Shown here: positions 10,850-20,189 of the stretch, piece by piece | Position numbering within the stretch: position 1 is the first letter of the stretch | Layout: each line of letters starts with the position of its first letter | Source: a virus | Strand: one strand, 5' to 3' | Length of the DNA: 64,000 nt | IMG/VR virus record: IMGVR_UViG_3300037307_000181 | Location: 2,523-66,522 of that record | Made by a program: the position numbers and the translations under genes | Notes under the pieces: generated by a model | What the model was told of the DNA's origin: nothing | The model's input: only the letters and a program-made list of their open reading frames with translations | Database searches by the model: none

Positions 10850-11412
10850 TATCTAACCCTTACTCTGTCTCTCCTGAGAACACGCTTCATAATTTGTTGC
10901 AGGTGAGATGTCAGACCAACATTTAAATTTGGAGTATCTTCTGTGATCTTTGTGTCTGGCTTAGCCCACTTTACACTTGCGTCTGCACCATATCTCTTGC
11001 GATAGTTGATCATCGCCGCAATCATGGAAACTGCTGCTAGGCGCACAGGCTCAGGAATGACAAGTGATCCAGATGTATAGGAAACCTTGACATTTAGAGT
11101 CCCCTTTGGAAAAGTGGCATACTTTAATTCAATCGTTGACAAAAACATGACATAATCACTTGTTGATACAAGTCCTTCGTCAATGTATAGAGCTTCTATT
11201 GAATGAATAGGAGACTTACGAACCACTAAAATATTTGTACTATCTCCGTTATGATATTCGTCTGTGATAATCTCCAGCCCACCAAGGAATGGCTGATCTA
11301 GGTGCTGTTTTATCAGACCCTCGACCATATCGCTCCAGGAATCTTTTAACTCAGCCTCGGTTATTGGCTGTACATCCATTACATCTTCTTTAGTACAAAA
11401 CGTCCACGCCAT
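10849..11412 (-). CDS. head-tail adaptor/connector
   Basis: 187 aa; ..VKVSYTSG..PEPVRLAAVSMIA.. typical of gp6-like adaptors. Confidence 0.75.
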   Translation of the reverse strand: MAWTFCTKEDVMDVQPITEAELKDSWSDMVEGLIKQHLDQPFLGGLEIITDEYHNGDSTNILVVRKSPIHSIEALYIDEGLVSTSDYVMFLSTIELKYATFPKGTLNVKVSYTSGSLVIPEPVRLAAVSMIAAMINYRKRYGADASVKWAKPDTKITEDTPNLNVGLTSHLQQIMKRVLRRDRVRVR

Positions 11413-11446
11413 AAATTCCTCCAGTCTATATATAGACTTTCATTAT

Positions 11447-11476
11447 CTACAATCGTTTGATCGTTAAGAATGAAAA
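11447..11476 (-). promoter_or_regulatory. putative late promoter motif
   Basis: TTTTCATT-N13-CGATTGTAG. Confidence 0.65.
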
Positions 11477-11477
11477 T

Positions 11478-11795
11478 TTATGACAAGTTTGGGTGTACAC
11501 GGAAGGTGTGAATGTCTGATTTCCACTCACCCGTATCGAGATCAACCGTAACCTGATAACGCCACAGGCCATCCACATCAAGATCAGATACAATGGTGTC
11601 ATAAAATAACTTTCCATCTGAACCATCTGTATAAAATGATGCTGCCTTTACAACGCTATCTCCATGTGTAGGCTTTACAAATGTGATTGTTTTCGATGTT
11701 GCGCTGGAGATATCAACTACCTGATCGTCCTCATCCTTGACTGTTAGAATAAACCTAGTACCGGCATCTCCAACTCTGATTTCTTTTTTTGACAT
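11478..11795 (-). CDS. BppU N-terminal-like Ig-fold structural protein
   Basis: GDAGTRFILTVKD..VDISSA..DLDVDGLWRYQV pattern. Confidence 0.6.
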   Translation of the reverse strand: MSKKEIRVGDAGTRFILTVKDEDDQVVDISSATSKTITFVKPTHGDSVVKAASFYTDGSDGKLFYDTIVSDLDVDGLWRYQVTVDLDTGEWKSDIHTFRVHPNLS

Positions 11796-11806
11796 AATTA
11801 CCTCCA

Positions 11807-14800
11807 CTAATCAATATATACATCCTGGTCTACTTCACGTACTATTTGTACAGCACCAGACTTGTCACGATTTATACTTACAATGTTGTCTGGTTTACCC
11901 ATAATGTGTACATCAGATTTCAACCCACGAGTTACGAACACGAGGTCAACCTGAGTCCTGGTGATATACACCGTTGCAAGTATTTCCTCGCCCCATGCAA
12001 TTGTAATAACCGATGTACCAAATGCTTCTGTTGATGATATCCCGTTCGGATATATGAATTTTAGGTTAATCAACAGATAGATACTTCCAAATGTTTCACC
12101 AGAAGCAATATCTAATGGGTAAACAAATACTACTCCGGTAGTTACAGTTGGATTGCTAAATGCTTCTTCACTTTGAGTACCATTTACGTAGATCGTTAGA
12201 TTGACAGTTGCACTACCAAAGGACTCAGCCGATAGTATTCCTACCGTATGTACATAGGAAGTAAATGTTGGTACACCGAACAACTCAGATGATACTATGT
12301 CGTGGGCATAGATTATAATGCTGAGCACAGCAGTGCCAAATGCCTGTGCACTCGGTATTCCTGTTGGCAGTACATAAGCAACTCCTGGTTGCACTGATGG
12401 ATTACCGAAAGCTTCACCACTTGTAATGCTTGTTGGTATAATATAAAACTCACCTGCTGAAACAACGGCGTTACCAAGTGCTTCGCCAGAAACGATACCA
12501 AAAGTATAAATTGTAGTAGCACCAACACCAATTGTAGGTGCACCAAAAGCCTCCACTGACGTGATTGATTCAGGCTGTACGTGACGTGATATTCTTATTT
12601 GACCAAATGCTTCAGAAGATGTTACTCCAACTGGACTTACAAACAGAATTATTTTTGCAGCACCAAAGGACTCTGCTGATCCTATACCAGACGAATTTAT
12701 ATATACCGTGATCTTTGTTAACGTGCTAACACTTTCAGCCGAAACTATTCCAGAAAGAGCTATGCTTGCACTTGTTGTAGTAATAGGTATGCCAACTGCT
12801 TCCGAAGAAGCTATTCCAGAAGGAGCTATACTTACTGATCCAGTTGTAATCGAAGCAGTACCAAAAGATTCTGCACTATATATGCTAGAAGGCACAACAA
12901 ATATTTGTCCACTGCTGACAATTGCATTACCAAATGCTTCACTCGATCCAATACTCGCTAGTAGTATCTCTACAATACCCTGGGTTAGCTCAGTTGCTCC
13001 AAACACTTCATCAGACGCAATGCCTAAAGGAAGAACATACAAGGTCAGCTTTGCTGTACCAAATGACTCTGCACTACTAATTCCAGAAGGAAACAATGTG
13101 ACATAACCTGTATCAATAACAGATTGGCCGAAAAACTCTGCACTGCTTATGCCTGATAGATAAAAAATTATCCCGCCAGCACTTATCAAGGCTGTGCCAA
13201 AGGCTTCAGCACTGGAAATTCCACTTGGCAAGATAGTCACCAATCCACGCAGCACTGATGCATTACCAAAACCTTCAGAAGAAGATATTCCAAGCGGATT
13301 GATAAAGAAAATACCAGTAATTATAGTTGGTGTACCAAATATCTGAGCAGAAGCAACTCCTATAGGAACTACTGTTACTAATCCACGTAATACCACCGAT
13401 GTACCAAATACTTCCGATGACACAACACCAGAAGTAATTAGCTTGTAACTAACCTTGGCAGTACCAAAAGCTTCTTCTGAACTAATACCAGACGGAGCTG
13501 CTGTTACAGTACCACGTAAGAGCACATGTGTACCAAAGCTTTCGAAGCTACTAACACCACTTGGTCTAATCTGAAGATTTAGCTTAGCTATTCCAAAAGC
13601 TTGGACTGATGCAATACCAGAAGGGGACAGAGTAACTGCCCCTCTTCCAACTGTAGCTATACCAAAAGCCTGTGCAGTGGCTATGCCTGACGAAGAAATC
13701 GTAACAGCCCCTCGTGTGAGCGTTGCAGTACCAAAAGCTTGTGCCATAGCAATACCAGAAGGCAAAACTGTAACTGCACCCTTGGTTATTACTGGAGTAC
13801 CAAAAGCTTGTACCGTAGTAATTCCCGTAGGCTTGGTATACAAAACAAGTTTTGCAGTACCGAACGCCTGTGCTGTTGCTATGTCAAAAGGCTTTACAGA
13901 AAGATTTAGTTTAGACGTTCCAAAGACCTGATCGGATACAATCCCTGACGGAGATACTATAACTGATCCACAAAGTAGCGTGGCAGTACCAAAGGATTCA
14001 GCAGTGGCTACGCCAGAAGGATATAAATATGTTGCTCCGACTGTTGTAGCATGGTAAGACAGATTGTCAATTGACAAACTGTGTGATCCACCAGAAACCC
14101 TGAATAAACCTATTTGTAGTGTTCCTACTGTAGTAAATCCGCTGGCACTATCATCAATCTCCGTGCCCCATCCCCCAGGTTCTGTGCCTGTCCAAACCGT
14201 TGCTCTAATGTTTGTCCCATCTACCTGGAAGCGCAGACCACCAGCACTTAGGCTGGCTGTCCATGAACCTGTGCCGATCTGAGCACGTGCTCCTGCAACA
14301 ATTCTGTTGATGACATAGCCACCATCATTGTTTACAACCAACTCGTAGGCTCGTGTGGGCTTGTCGGCTGTGTTCCAGTCACGAGATGCACGTAAAAACA
14401 CCCTGAATGCTGCCTGGGTTGAATTGTCTCCCCAGGTAAAATCAAGGTAAACTTCCGCATTTGATTTGTCTGTTGCATAACCTATAGCTCTTGCATAGCT
14501 GCCAGCATCCCCACCAACAGACAAGTAACCCTGATTTCCATTAATAACTATCGAAGTTGAAACTATAACAGAAACAACCTGTGTACCAAAAACTTCAACC
14601 GTTCCAATGCCTGCTGGCTTTATTTCAAGAGAAAGCTTAGCTGTTCCAAACGCCTGTGCTGTAGCAATCCCTGAAGGAGCAACATTGACAGACCCCCTTG
14701 TTACTGTAGCTGTTCCAAACGCCTGTGCTGTAGCAATCCCTGAAGGAGCAACATTGACAGACCCCCTTGTTACTGTAGCTGTTCCATATGCTTCTACAGA

Positions 14801-15463
14801 AGCAATATTACCAACACTACTAACTTGTAGGATATCTTCACGAAGTGATACAGCTATCATTGTTGCATCATCAGATGCTTGAGTCCATCCGGCAGATACA
14901 TTTGTTGTAACTACACTACCATAGTAATAAACACCTGCTGTTTGGCTGGTGTAATCATATTCATACGCCCCAGTAGTCCACCCAGTAAAAGGAGTAATGC
15001 CACTTACTGCATTTTGCCCTGAATGAAAACCAACTGCATCAAAACAGTTATATCCACCATGATTCAAAGTAACTGATGGGTTTGTTCCTGCTGTCGTATT
15101 TATTGTTGTGTCAATATCTTGAGTAGTAATGTTATAAGAACCAGTAACAGTAATACAAACCGCAACTTTTGTGGCAGAACCACTTACTGTTACAGTAACT
15201 GTTTGGCTTCCTGTAGGAATACTACTTCCTGCAAAAAAACAATGAACAACTGCTGTTTCTCCAGATGAGTGTACAAGAGGACTTCCACTTACATTACTTA
15301 GAGTTGCGCTACCATATGTGACACTTGACACCTGACTTGATGTGCTTGCGTTTTGAATAACAAAAACGAGCACACCTCTTGGTGTACCCACTGGAGTATG
15401 TGTCCAACTCAGGTTTCCAGTACCTGGAGTAACATTACTAATCTTATCGAATGCTATAGCCAC
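11807..15463 (-). CDS. large repeat-rich virion fibre/decoration-like protein
   Basis: 1218 aa with dozens of PxGIxSxExFG repeats flanking a beta-sandwich-like segment. Confidence 0.65.
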   Translation of the reverse strand: MAIAFDKISNVTPGTGNLSWTHTPVGTPRGVLVFVIQNASTSSQVSSVTYGSATLSNVSGSPLVHSSGETAVVHCFFAGSSIPTGSQTVTVTVSGSATKVAVCITVTGSYNITTQDIDTTINTTAGTNPSVTLNHGGYNCFDAVGFHSGQNAVSGITPFTGWTTGAYEYDYTSQTAGVYYYGSVVTTNVSAGWTQASDDATMIAVSLREDILQVSSVGNIASVEAYGTATVTRGSVNVAPSGIATAQAFGTATVTRGSVNVAPSGIATAQAFGTAKLSLEIKPAGIGTVEVFGTQVVSVIVSTSIVINGNQGYLSVGGDAGSYARAIGYATDKSNAEVYLDFTWGDNSTQAAFRVFLRASRDWNTADKPTRAYELVVNNDGGYVINRIVAGARAQIGTGSWTASLSAGGLRFQVDGTNIRATVWTGTEPGGWGTEIDDSASGFTTVGTLQIGLFRVSGGSHSLSIDNLSYHATTVGATYLYPSGVATAESFGTATLLCGSVIVSPSGIVSDQVFGTSKLNLSVKPFDIATAQAFGTAKLVLYTKPTGITTVQAFGTPVITKGAVTVLPSGIAMAQAFGTATLTRGAVTISSSGIATAQAFGIATVGRGAVTLSPSGIASVQAFGIAKLNLQIRPSGVSSFESFGTHVLLRGTVTAAPSGISSEEAFGTAKVSYKLITSGVVSSEVFGTSVVLRGLVTVVPIGVASAQIFGTPTIITGIFFINPLGISSSEGFGNASVLRGLVTILPSGISSAEAFGTALISAGGIIFYLSGISSAEFFGQSVIDTGYVTLFPSGISSAESFGTAKLTLYVLPLGIASDEVFGATELTQGIVEILLASIGSSEAFGNAIVSSGQIFVVPSSIYSAESFGTASITTGSVSIAPSGIASSEAVGIPITTTSASIALSGIVSAESVSTLTKITVYINSSGIGSAESFGAAKIILFVSPVGVTSSEAFGQIRISRHVQPESITSVEAFGAPTIGVGATTIYTFGIVSGEALGNAVVSAGEFYIIPTSITSGEAFGNPSVQPGVAYVLPTGIPSAQAFGTAVLSIIIYAHDIVSSELFGVPTFTSYVHTVGILSAESFGSATVNLTIYVNGTQSEEAFSNPTVTTGVVFVYPLDIASGETFGSIYLLINLKFIYPNGISSTEAFGTSVITIAWGEEILATVYITRTQVDLVFVTRGLKSDVHIMGKPDNIVSINRDKSGAVQIVREVDQDVYID
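14638..14786. repeat. perfect 69-bp tandem duplication (about 2.2 copies)
   Basis: Unit starts at 14638, 14707 and 14776; encodes PSGIATAQAFGTATVTRGSVNVA twice. Confidence 0.9.
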
Positions 15464-16422
15464 TAGTTAGTCTCCGTTACCCACAAGACAGATGACCACG
15501 CTTCATCATCTGCTCCTGTGAAGTCATCCTCGAATGGGAAGTATGTCAGGTATGCACCAGAAGAAAAGGTCTCTGCTGTAGCAATCCCTGCTGTTGATAC
15601 ATTCACAGCACCCCTCAGAATAGATGCCGTGCCAATCGCCTGAGATGTTACTATTCCAGTAACAAATAATGTGAAACTTAATTTTGCTGTTCCAAAAGCC
15701 TGGGCTGATGCAATACCAGATGGTGCTAAATCCTGTGTAGCTCCACCAGTAGCTACCCAAGGCAGCACAAATATTGGAGCACCCCAACTTACAGCAGGTG
15801 GCTCTTCATCTGTTAGTGTTCCGCCTTCTGTAAGATTGTTTCCATTACCTGAATAATCTCTGACTCTTTCACCAGAACCAGGAAACATTGGCCAGAAACC
15901 CCACAAGTCGGCTGTCCTTATAGGTCTTATTGAGTTTGATTCTGCTATAAGCTCTGCGTCAGACAAATTTGTTGTCCAGGCTTTACAGTATGCTAAACGA
16001 CCATTTAGAAACTCTCCAGTAAAAACACTATCTCCAAAAGAGAATAGTGTTGGCGATGCACTGCTGACGGAGATACTGCTAGACCAGCCGACTGTATTTC
16101 CACCAGAAAGTATATATCCGCCAGTAGCTAAATTATCAATTTGACTTATTGTTAAAATGAGATAAACCCACTGATCAACAGTAGCCAGATAGATATTTGA
16201 ATTTCCATTGTTAGTCCACATATGCCAGGTCAAGCCATCACTAGATGTTTGCACGTAAACAAACTCGTTACTGTCATAAGATAAATTTACGAATGTAGAC
16301 CAATCATTTCTATCAGTAATGATCCTAGCCCATCCTGTAACAGTAAAACTGGACTGCAAATTGGAAGGCAATCCAGTTGTCTTAGTTAGCTTATCGCCGC
16401 TGGCATCAAAGCGTACAGCCAT
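15463..16422 (-). CDS. LamG/concanavalin-A-like structural protein with C-terminal PSGI..FG repeats
   Basis: FTVTGW..NGRLAYCKAW..LSDAEL..DYSGNGN pattern. Confidence 0.7.
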   Translation of the reverse strand: MAVRFDASGDKLTKTTGLPSNLQSSFTVTGWARIITDRNDWSTFVNLSYDSNEFVYVQTSSDGLTWHMWTNNGNSNIYLATVDQWVYLILTISQIDNLATGGYILSGGNTVGWSSSISVSSASPTLFSFGDSVFTGEFLNGRLAYCKAWTTNLSDAELIAESNSIRPIRTADLWGFWPMFPGSGERVRDYSGNGNNLTEGGTLTDEEPPAVSWGAPIFVLPWVATGGATQDLAPSGIASAQAFGTAKLSFTLFVTGIVTSQAIGTASILRGAVNVSTAGIATAETFSSGAYLTYFPFEDDFTGADDEAWSSVLWVTETN

Positions 16423-16919
16423 TATGCACCGTCACGTATCTCTACTGAAAGTACGTAGCAATCTCCTGTGGCTGTATCATTTGTTCCGTCTGTTGCATCT
16501 CTGGCAAGAGAAAATGTGATCCAGTCTCCGGCAACTGCACCATCATCGTTGCTCAGTGTGCAGGTAAACTGATCAATATATCCCGCTGTTCCTGGAACAG
16601 TGGGTGCTGTGATCGTATTAGCCGCAGCATAGCTTGTACTTGCATCAATATCCAAAGCATCGTTATCCGTAACAGCCTGAACAGCCATCGTAAAATCTAC
16701 TTTGCCTGATGTGGCTGATACCATAGCATAAGTTACAACAGCTATAATAGTACCTGTCCAACCTTGCGGTACAACGGTGCGCCAATAACATGTCTCAGCA
16801 GTAGCAGCATCAAACGCCAGAGCAAAAATACGCTCCGTAGAATGGATCGTTAGAAGTTGTGGAAAGTTTGTGCTTGGAAATTGAGCACTCTCTGGAGTTA
16901 AAATAAAACGAGTAGCCAT
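16422..16919 (-). CDS. hypothetical virion protein
   Basis: 165 aa, beta-rich, translationally coupled. Confidence 0.6.
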   Translation of the reverse strand: MATRFILTPESAQFPSTNFPQLLTIHSTERIFALAFDAATAETCYWRTVVPQGWTGTIIAVVTYAMVSATSGKVDFTMAVQAVTDNDALDIDASTSYAAANTITAPTVPGTAGYIDQFTCTLSNDDGAVAGDWITFSLARDATDGTNDTATGDCYVLSVEIRDGA

Positions 16920-17206
16920 TAGTCAACCTCCCCAAACACATTCTTTATAAACTCAATATCATAGCGCATTAAAACAACCGCAGCAATCAATAAAGACTTC
17001 TGCGCTTGTGTTGCGTTTGTGCGAAAAACTTCTGGAAGAGTATTGTTAAAATTCGTAGTATTACTATCTATCCATGTATCTGTAGCATCTACCGCTGCCT
17101 TTAAATCTGCCTTTGTAATTTGATTTACTATTTCTCTTTTGCTTGACCAGTAGCGCATAAGACCACGCCAGATTTGTGTTCTTTGTGTGTTATCTAATTC
17201 TGCCAT
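16919..17206 (-). CDS. hypothetical protein
   Basis: Likely start ATG 17206 (MAELDNTQR) with AGAAGG. Confidence 0.6.
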   Translation of the reverse strand: MAELDNTQRTQIWRGLMRYWSSKREIVNQITKADLKAAVDATDTWIDSNTTNFNNTLPEVFRTNATQAQKSLLIAAVVLMRYDIEFIKNVFGEVD

Positions 17207-17235
17207 AAATACCTTCTTTCTTAGAAACCAAAATC

Positions 17236-17278
17236 GGCGCACCCCATGTTTGCACTCACCGAGCAATTAGGGTGCGCC
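17236..17278 (-). terminator. GC-rich hairpin downstream of the HNH gene
   Basis: 9-bp inverted repeat GGCGCACCC/GGGTGCGCC with a nested hairpin. Confidence 0.5.
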
Positions 17279-17309
17279 AACTCAGATAAGTCCAAATATG
17301 GACAGGCGA

Positions 17310-17989
17310 CTAAGTTTGTAAAAGTCTTTCGTAGAGAACCTTTTTTTGATCTGGCGTAAGATGCTCAACCAATTTAAGTATTTGCTCTATTGGCTCTACA
17401 CCAGGGCCATGTCGTGATGCTTTTACTTCTAGATTCTCAACTCTATTATCGCTGCGATCTCCGTTCTTGTGGTGCACAGTCTCGTACTTTGCAAGTTTTC
17501 TTCCTAAGTGCTGCTCCATTATGTAACGATGCTCTAGCATATATATCTGTGAAGTACCAGTACATTCTTTTCCGACTAAAACATTTACATATCCATTTGC
17601 AAGCACGTACCTTCCGTCTGCTCGTTGTCTATTATTACCAGCACATGAACGTGAACAATATTTCCTGTATCTTTTCTGGTAAGCTACAACAAAAGGCTTG
17701 CCACATTGCTTGCATACTTTTGTTATCTTCTCTCCTGTTTGGGATTTAAACCTGCATTTATTAGAACAAAACTTTTGTCCGGCATTTGACTGTCATTGTA
17801 TCTGTACCAGCAAGTAATTGAGCAAAACTTGCCACTCGTACCACTCTTCCTGATAAACTCATTTCCACACTGAATACAGATTTCTTTTCCAGCCCTGCAT
17901 TCGTGTGAACAATATACTTGCCTTGGGCTTACAGTCTCAAAAGAAGAACCACAGCGTTTACAAACTTTGTTAAAGATCATGTCAAACAT
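17310..17989 (-). pseudogene. HNH homing endonuclease with CxxC repeats, split by a frameshift
   Basis: N-terminal part 17723-17989 has CxxC..FCSxxC repeats. C-terminal part has EHRYIME..VHHKNGDRSDNRVENL. Frames switch near 17760-17790. Confidence 0.75.
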
Positions 17990-18039
17990 TGCACCCTCCA
18001 CCACTCGTAATGTAATATATATATGCCGTATCTATTATA

Positions 18040-18069
18040 CTACAATCGAATGATGGCGACAAGTGCAAA
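18040..18069 (-). promoter_or_regulatory. putative late promoter motif
   Basis: TTTGCACT-N13-CGATTGTAG. Confidence 0.65.
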
Positions 18070-18083
18070 TTAGTGGACAATAC

Positions 18084-18521
18084 TTATAACTTGAAGATGC
18101 GATTTGCTCCATCGTCCCAGGACACCGTTATATCCCCGCCGTTTGGCGTAACAGGCAAGCCAGTCGCTGAGTCGATATAAGCAATCAACAGGTCTGTAGT
18201 ACCGGATGCTGTCGTACCACCACCGCCACCATCTTTCCAAATGATCAGAGCTTCGCAGGGATCGCCAGTAACTGATGTAAAAGTAACGTTGCTTGCATCA
18301 CAGACACCCAAAGCAGCGTCGATCAAAGTCATTGTAGCAGTAGCAACCTTAGCTGCGGCAGGAACAGTGTCGGTGTTCATAAACTCGTGTGTATCAATAG
18401 CAACAGTGTAGTCTGCTGCATCAACCAAAGTTACTTTAATTGTGCTTCCACCAGATGCCTTCCAAACAATATCACCAAAAGCAAAGTGATTTCTACCTTT
18501 TCCATAAAGTGCATTTGCCAT
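18084..18521 (-). CDS. conserved phage virion protein (MANALY.. type)
   Basis: 145 aa; ..LIAYID..GLPVTPNGGDITVSWD..IFKL. Confidence 0.65.
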   Translation of the reverse strand: MANALYGKGRNHFAFGDIVWKASGGSTIKVTLVDAADYTVAIDTHEFMNTDTVPAAAKVATATMTLIDAALGVCDASNVTFTSVTGDPCEALIIWKDGGGGGTTASGTTDLLIAYIDSATGLPVTPNGGDITVSWDDGANRIFKL

Positions 18522-18583
18522 CGTAAACCTCCACAGTATTATGTGCTTCTAGGAGCACAGGGCGTAATTTTTGTTGTCAATAT

Positions 18584-18613
18584 CTACAATCATTTTGCAC
18601 GTGTAAAAGCAAA
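18584..18613 (-). promoter_or_regulatory. putative late promoter motif
   Basis: TTTGCTTT-N13-TGATTGTAG. Confidence 0.65.
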
Positions 18614-19108
18614 TTATTCTATAATGTAAGTGATCACAATGGGATCATCAAATAGTATGGTCATGCCAAGCAAAGAAATACTCTTGATCACCACAGCTTT
18701 ACTGCCAACCTCAGGTTCTTCTACTGGGTCGGTAGGTTCTTCTGGATCGACCTGCTCATCGGGTTCAACAATAAACTTTTGTAGTTTGTTGAACTCCACC
18801 CAGGTCTGCTTTCCTGGAGCGTAATCAACACCTTCTTTTGTTTCAGGATCAAAGACCCATACCCTGATATATGAGATTTTTCCATCTCTATAGCTGACAA
18901 AATTGCTTGGATTATCCGCTGACGACAGCACATAAGGATCAACACAAACGAGCTTCGTGCCGTTCTTCCACATAAGCTGTGTCTTACCATCTGCGGCGTA
19001 AGCCCAGTCACCATTCGGAGCTTTGCTATCACCATACACTGGGGCTGAATCGTTATTTGGGCCGCCCTGTGCACCAAAGATTTCAACAAACATTTCAACG
19101 ATTGCCAT
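18614..19108 (-). CDS. hypothetical protein (possible SH3-like fold, acidic linker)
   Basis: ORF track, RBS present. Confidence 0.55.
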   Translation of the reverse strand: MAIVEMFVEIFGAQGGPNNDSAPVYGDSKAPNGDWAYAADGKTQLMWKNGTKLVCVDPYVLSSADNPSNFVSYRDGKISYIRVWVFDPETKEGVDYAPGKQTWVEFNKLQKFIVEPDEQVDPEEPTDPVEEPEVGSKAVVIKSISLLGMTILFDDPIVITYIIE

Positions 19109-19118
19109 AATTTATCTC

Positions 19119-20036
19119 CTATCTCGTATATTCATCTTTACTTCCAAAACCATCAATTTCATAGTGGAAGTCAAATTCCAAAACACCTGCGTCGTAAGCA
19201 TATGTGTCGTAGGTGTCACCAACTGCCCTGAACAAACGGCAAAGTATCATTGTAGAGATCGTCTTGCCAGTCAGCACAATACTAGGAAATGCTGAGATAT
19301 AGTGTTTTCCTGACGTGAGCACAGCGTCCCCTTGAACAGTTGCGGAAGCTGCTGTCGAACCATCTGTATAAATAATAGATGTAGAACCAAAACTACCGCT
19401 GATAGCTGCTATCGTGTGCTCAAGCCCCCAAACAACAAAAGCATTTGATGCCCCAGTTGACTTCGGAACAAAGTGTATGTGTGGCTCAATTGCTGAACCA
19501 GCTTTCCAGTTATGCGGCATCTGCACATAAAAGAAAACATCTTCAATTGTGGATGGATCAAACCAGTATAAATAAACACCATGTGATGACCCACCGTCAT
19601 TTGTAAACAAAGAGAAGTCTGGAGTCTTTATACCGCCCGTAGATTTGAAAGCAGAACCAGAAATACGAAGATCATCCCAAGCTGTGTTATATGAAAGTGG
19701 ATATGCAGGATCAATTACAGTAAAATTACCTGACAATGCAACCGCAGACTCATATTGTCTGCTTACCTGAATAGAGTATGATGCAGCCCCAATTGGAAAT
19801 GCTGCTGTCTCAAACTCTGGTATAAAAATGTCAACATTCGATGTGTTCTTTTCTGGATAAAGATTAGCCTCTGCATTTGACAAAATATAAACTCCACCAG
19901 AGAAAACAATCTTTCCAGACACAATGCAGCCATCCAAAGAAAATGGAGTACCGTCTGCATTTTTTACCTTGAAACGATATTGAAATGATTCCCCACCTAG
20001 AACAGAAAGATTTACAAACTGTGACAATACATTCAT
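19119..20036 (-). CDS. structural protein, BppU-N-like plus beta-sandwich
   Basis: Likely start ATG 20036 (MNVLSQF) after AGGAG and a late motif. Confidence 0.6.
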   Translation of the reverse strand: MNVLSQFVNLSVLGGESFQYRFKVKNADGTPFSLDGCIVSGKIVFSGGVYILSNAEANLYPEKNTSNVDIFIPEFETAAFPIGAASYSIQVSRQYESAVALSGNFTVIDPAYPLSYNTAWDDLRISGSAFKSTGGIKTPDFSLFTNDGGSSHGVYLYWFDPSTIEDVFFYVQMPHNWKAGSAIEPHIHFVPKSTGASNAFVVWGLEHTIAAISGSFGSTSIIYTDGSTAASATVQGDAVLTSGKHYISAFPSIVLTGKTISTMILCRLFRAVGDTYDTYAYDAGVLEFDFHYEIDGFGSKDEYTR

Positions 20037-20055
20037 AAATTTACTCTCCTGACTA

Positions 20056-20085
20056 CTACAATCGACAATAGGCTTAAAAAGAAAA
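20056..20085 (-). promoter_or_regulatory. putative late promoter motif
   Basis: TTTTCTTT-N13-CGATTGTAG. Confidence 0.6.
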
Positions 20086-20140
20086 ATACCCAGGAAAACC
20101 TGGGTATCTTCTTCATTGTAAGTAAACATAATTATTTTTA

Positions 20141-20173
20141 AAATAGAAGAGGCTGTTACACCTCTTCTATTTT
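20141..20173 (-). terminator. intrinsic terminator after the major capsid gene
   Basis: AATAGAAGAGG/CCTCTTCTATT followed by a T-run. Confidence 0.8.
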
Positions 20174-20189
20174 GGACTATTTTGGTAGA

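Noticed and set aside
14638-14786. CRISPR- or DGR-like repeats
   Set aside because: This is an in-frame coding tandem duplication without spacers, A-specific mismatches or a reverse transcriptase in the window.
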